A stretch of 35,779 nucleotides of DNA from IMG/VR virus record IMGVR_UViG_3300024420_000008, positions 1-35,779 of that record; one strand, 5' to 3'. The position numbers and the translations under genes were made by a program. The notes below the pieces were generated by a model. It was not told the origin of the DNA, did not search any database, and worked only from the letters and a program-made list of their open reading frames with translations. Positions 35,029 to 35,779 of this stretch are shown here, one piece after another; position 1 is the stretch's first letter, and each line of letters starts with the position of its first letter. This DNA comes from a virus. Its lineage: Duplodnaviria > Caudoviricetes.

Positions 35029-35779
35029 GTGGCTGGTAGAGTACCCATAATCCCAGGAGTTCCAACTCCAAGCGATCCACAATGTGCATTAACGTATTGT
35101 GGTAGAATTATCGCACAAGTAGATTGTATTAAATACATAGTGCAAGGTACTTCTGCATGCATAGATATACAATTATTTAACGCAAACGATCAACCTTTAA
35201 ATCTTGACACTATATGTGATATACATGTTCAATTAACAAATGAATTGGAATGTGTTATAGCAAACTTCTGGTATCCTAATGTTCCTTCAGGATCTAAAGG
35301 ATATCTTATAGATATTTTACAATTTACTGATACTTCAGGAGTAATACATAACGAAGGATTAATAAGAATATGTTTACCTTCTACATGTACACATACGTCT
35401 CCAGGAAATATATCGGCAGAAATACTTTTAACTGAATGTGGAGGTAATACTGGAGATACGGGCGTAACAGGTGTTGGACCAACTGGTACATTACCAACAG
35501 GCTCGGCTGAGGTTTTCGGAATTCCATGTTTATGGGTTGCTACAATTGTAGAATCTAAAATTTCTAAGAACGGTGGAGATAGTGGATGTTATCCAGGTTA
35601 TGTTCCTGGTGGCGGTGGATCTGGAGGTGGATCTGGTGGTGGATCAGGTACACAAGGTGCTACTGGAGCACAAGGTACACAAGGTCCTGCTGGATCTGGT
35701 AGTGGTGGTACGGGTACCCAAGGAGCACAAGGTGTTATAGGTACTCAAGGAGCACAAGGTTCTGATGGTATTGGAACAC
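35029..35779 (+). CDS. Cys-rich protein with collagen-like repeats, putative tail fibre (partial)
   Basis: GTG start; open to the window end. MAGRVPIIPGVPTPSDPQCALTYCG..., a GGGGSGGGSGGGS linker, then GTQGATGAQGTQGPA triplets. Confidence 0.75.
   Translation, partial: MAGRVPIIPGVPTPSDPQCALTYCGRIIAQVDCIKYIVQGTSACIDIQLFNANDQPLNLDTICDIHVQLTNELECVIANFWYPNVPSGSKGYLIDILQFTDTSGVIHNEGLIRICLPSTCTHTSPGNISAEILLTECGGNTGDTGVTGVGPTGTLPTGSAEVFGIPCLWVATIVESKISKNGGDSGCYPGYVPGGGGSGGGSGGGSGTQGATGAQGTQGPAGSGSGGTGTQGAQGVIGTQGAQGSDGIGT

Noticed and set aside
1-35779. Stop-codon reassignment, as seen in some large phages
   Set aside because: Conserved genes are full length under the standard code. The single in-frame TAA at 121 is isolated, and TAA is the main stop codon.
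1-35779. tRNA genes, introns or inteins
   Set aside because: Intergenic gaps are short with no cloverleaf seen. Terminase, topoisomerase and the ThyA-fold gene are uninterrupted and of normal size.

Overview
AT-rich segment of a large T4-like (myovirus, probably jumbo) phage genome. All genes but one are on the + strand. Morphogenesis genes: gp23-like major capsid, gp14-like neck, terminase small and large subunits, GroES, tail sheath, tail tube, gp26/gp51-like hub or chaperone pair, tape measure, and the start of a collagen-like fibre. These are interleaved with replication and nucleotide genes: clamp loader, RNase H/5'-3' exonuclease, DEDDh exonuclease, two-subunit topoisomerase II, two NMP kinases, a thymidylate-synthase-fold enzyme, a PD-(D/E)xK nuclease and a sigma factor. 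A-rich start contexts without Shine-Dalgarno sites and a TAnnTTTG-like box suggest a Bacteroidota host (inference). Most notable: (1) the ThyA-fold enzyme has the Asp that specifies dCMP, which points to a modified-cytosine genome; (2) three proteins begin with a T4-like capsid-targeting peptide, one of them a RimK-like ATP-grasp ligase that may be packaged and injected; (3) a GC-rich island suggests a +1/-2 programmed frameshift just upstream of the tape measure gene; (4) three distinct promoter-like motif classes are readable; (5) a metallophosphoesterase with degenerate catalytic motifs, and a lone antisense Maf/DUF115-like transferase. All calls come from motif recognition by eye; no database search was run.
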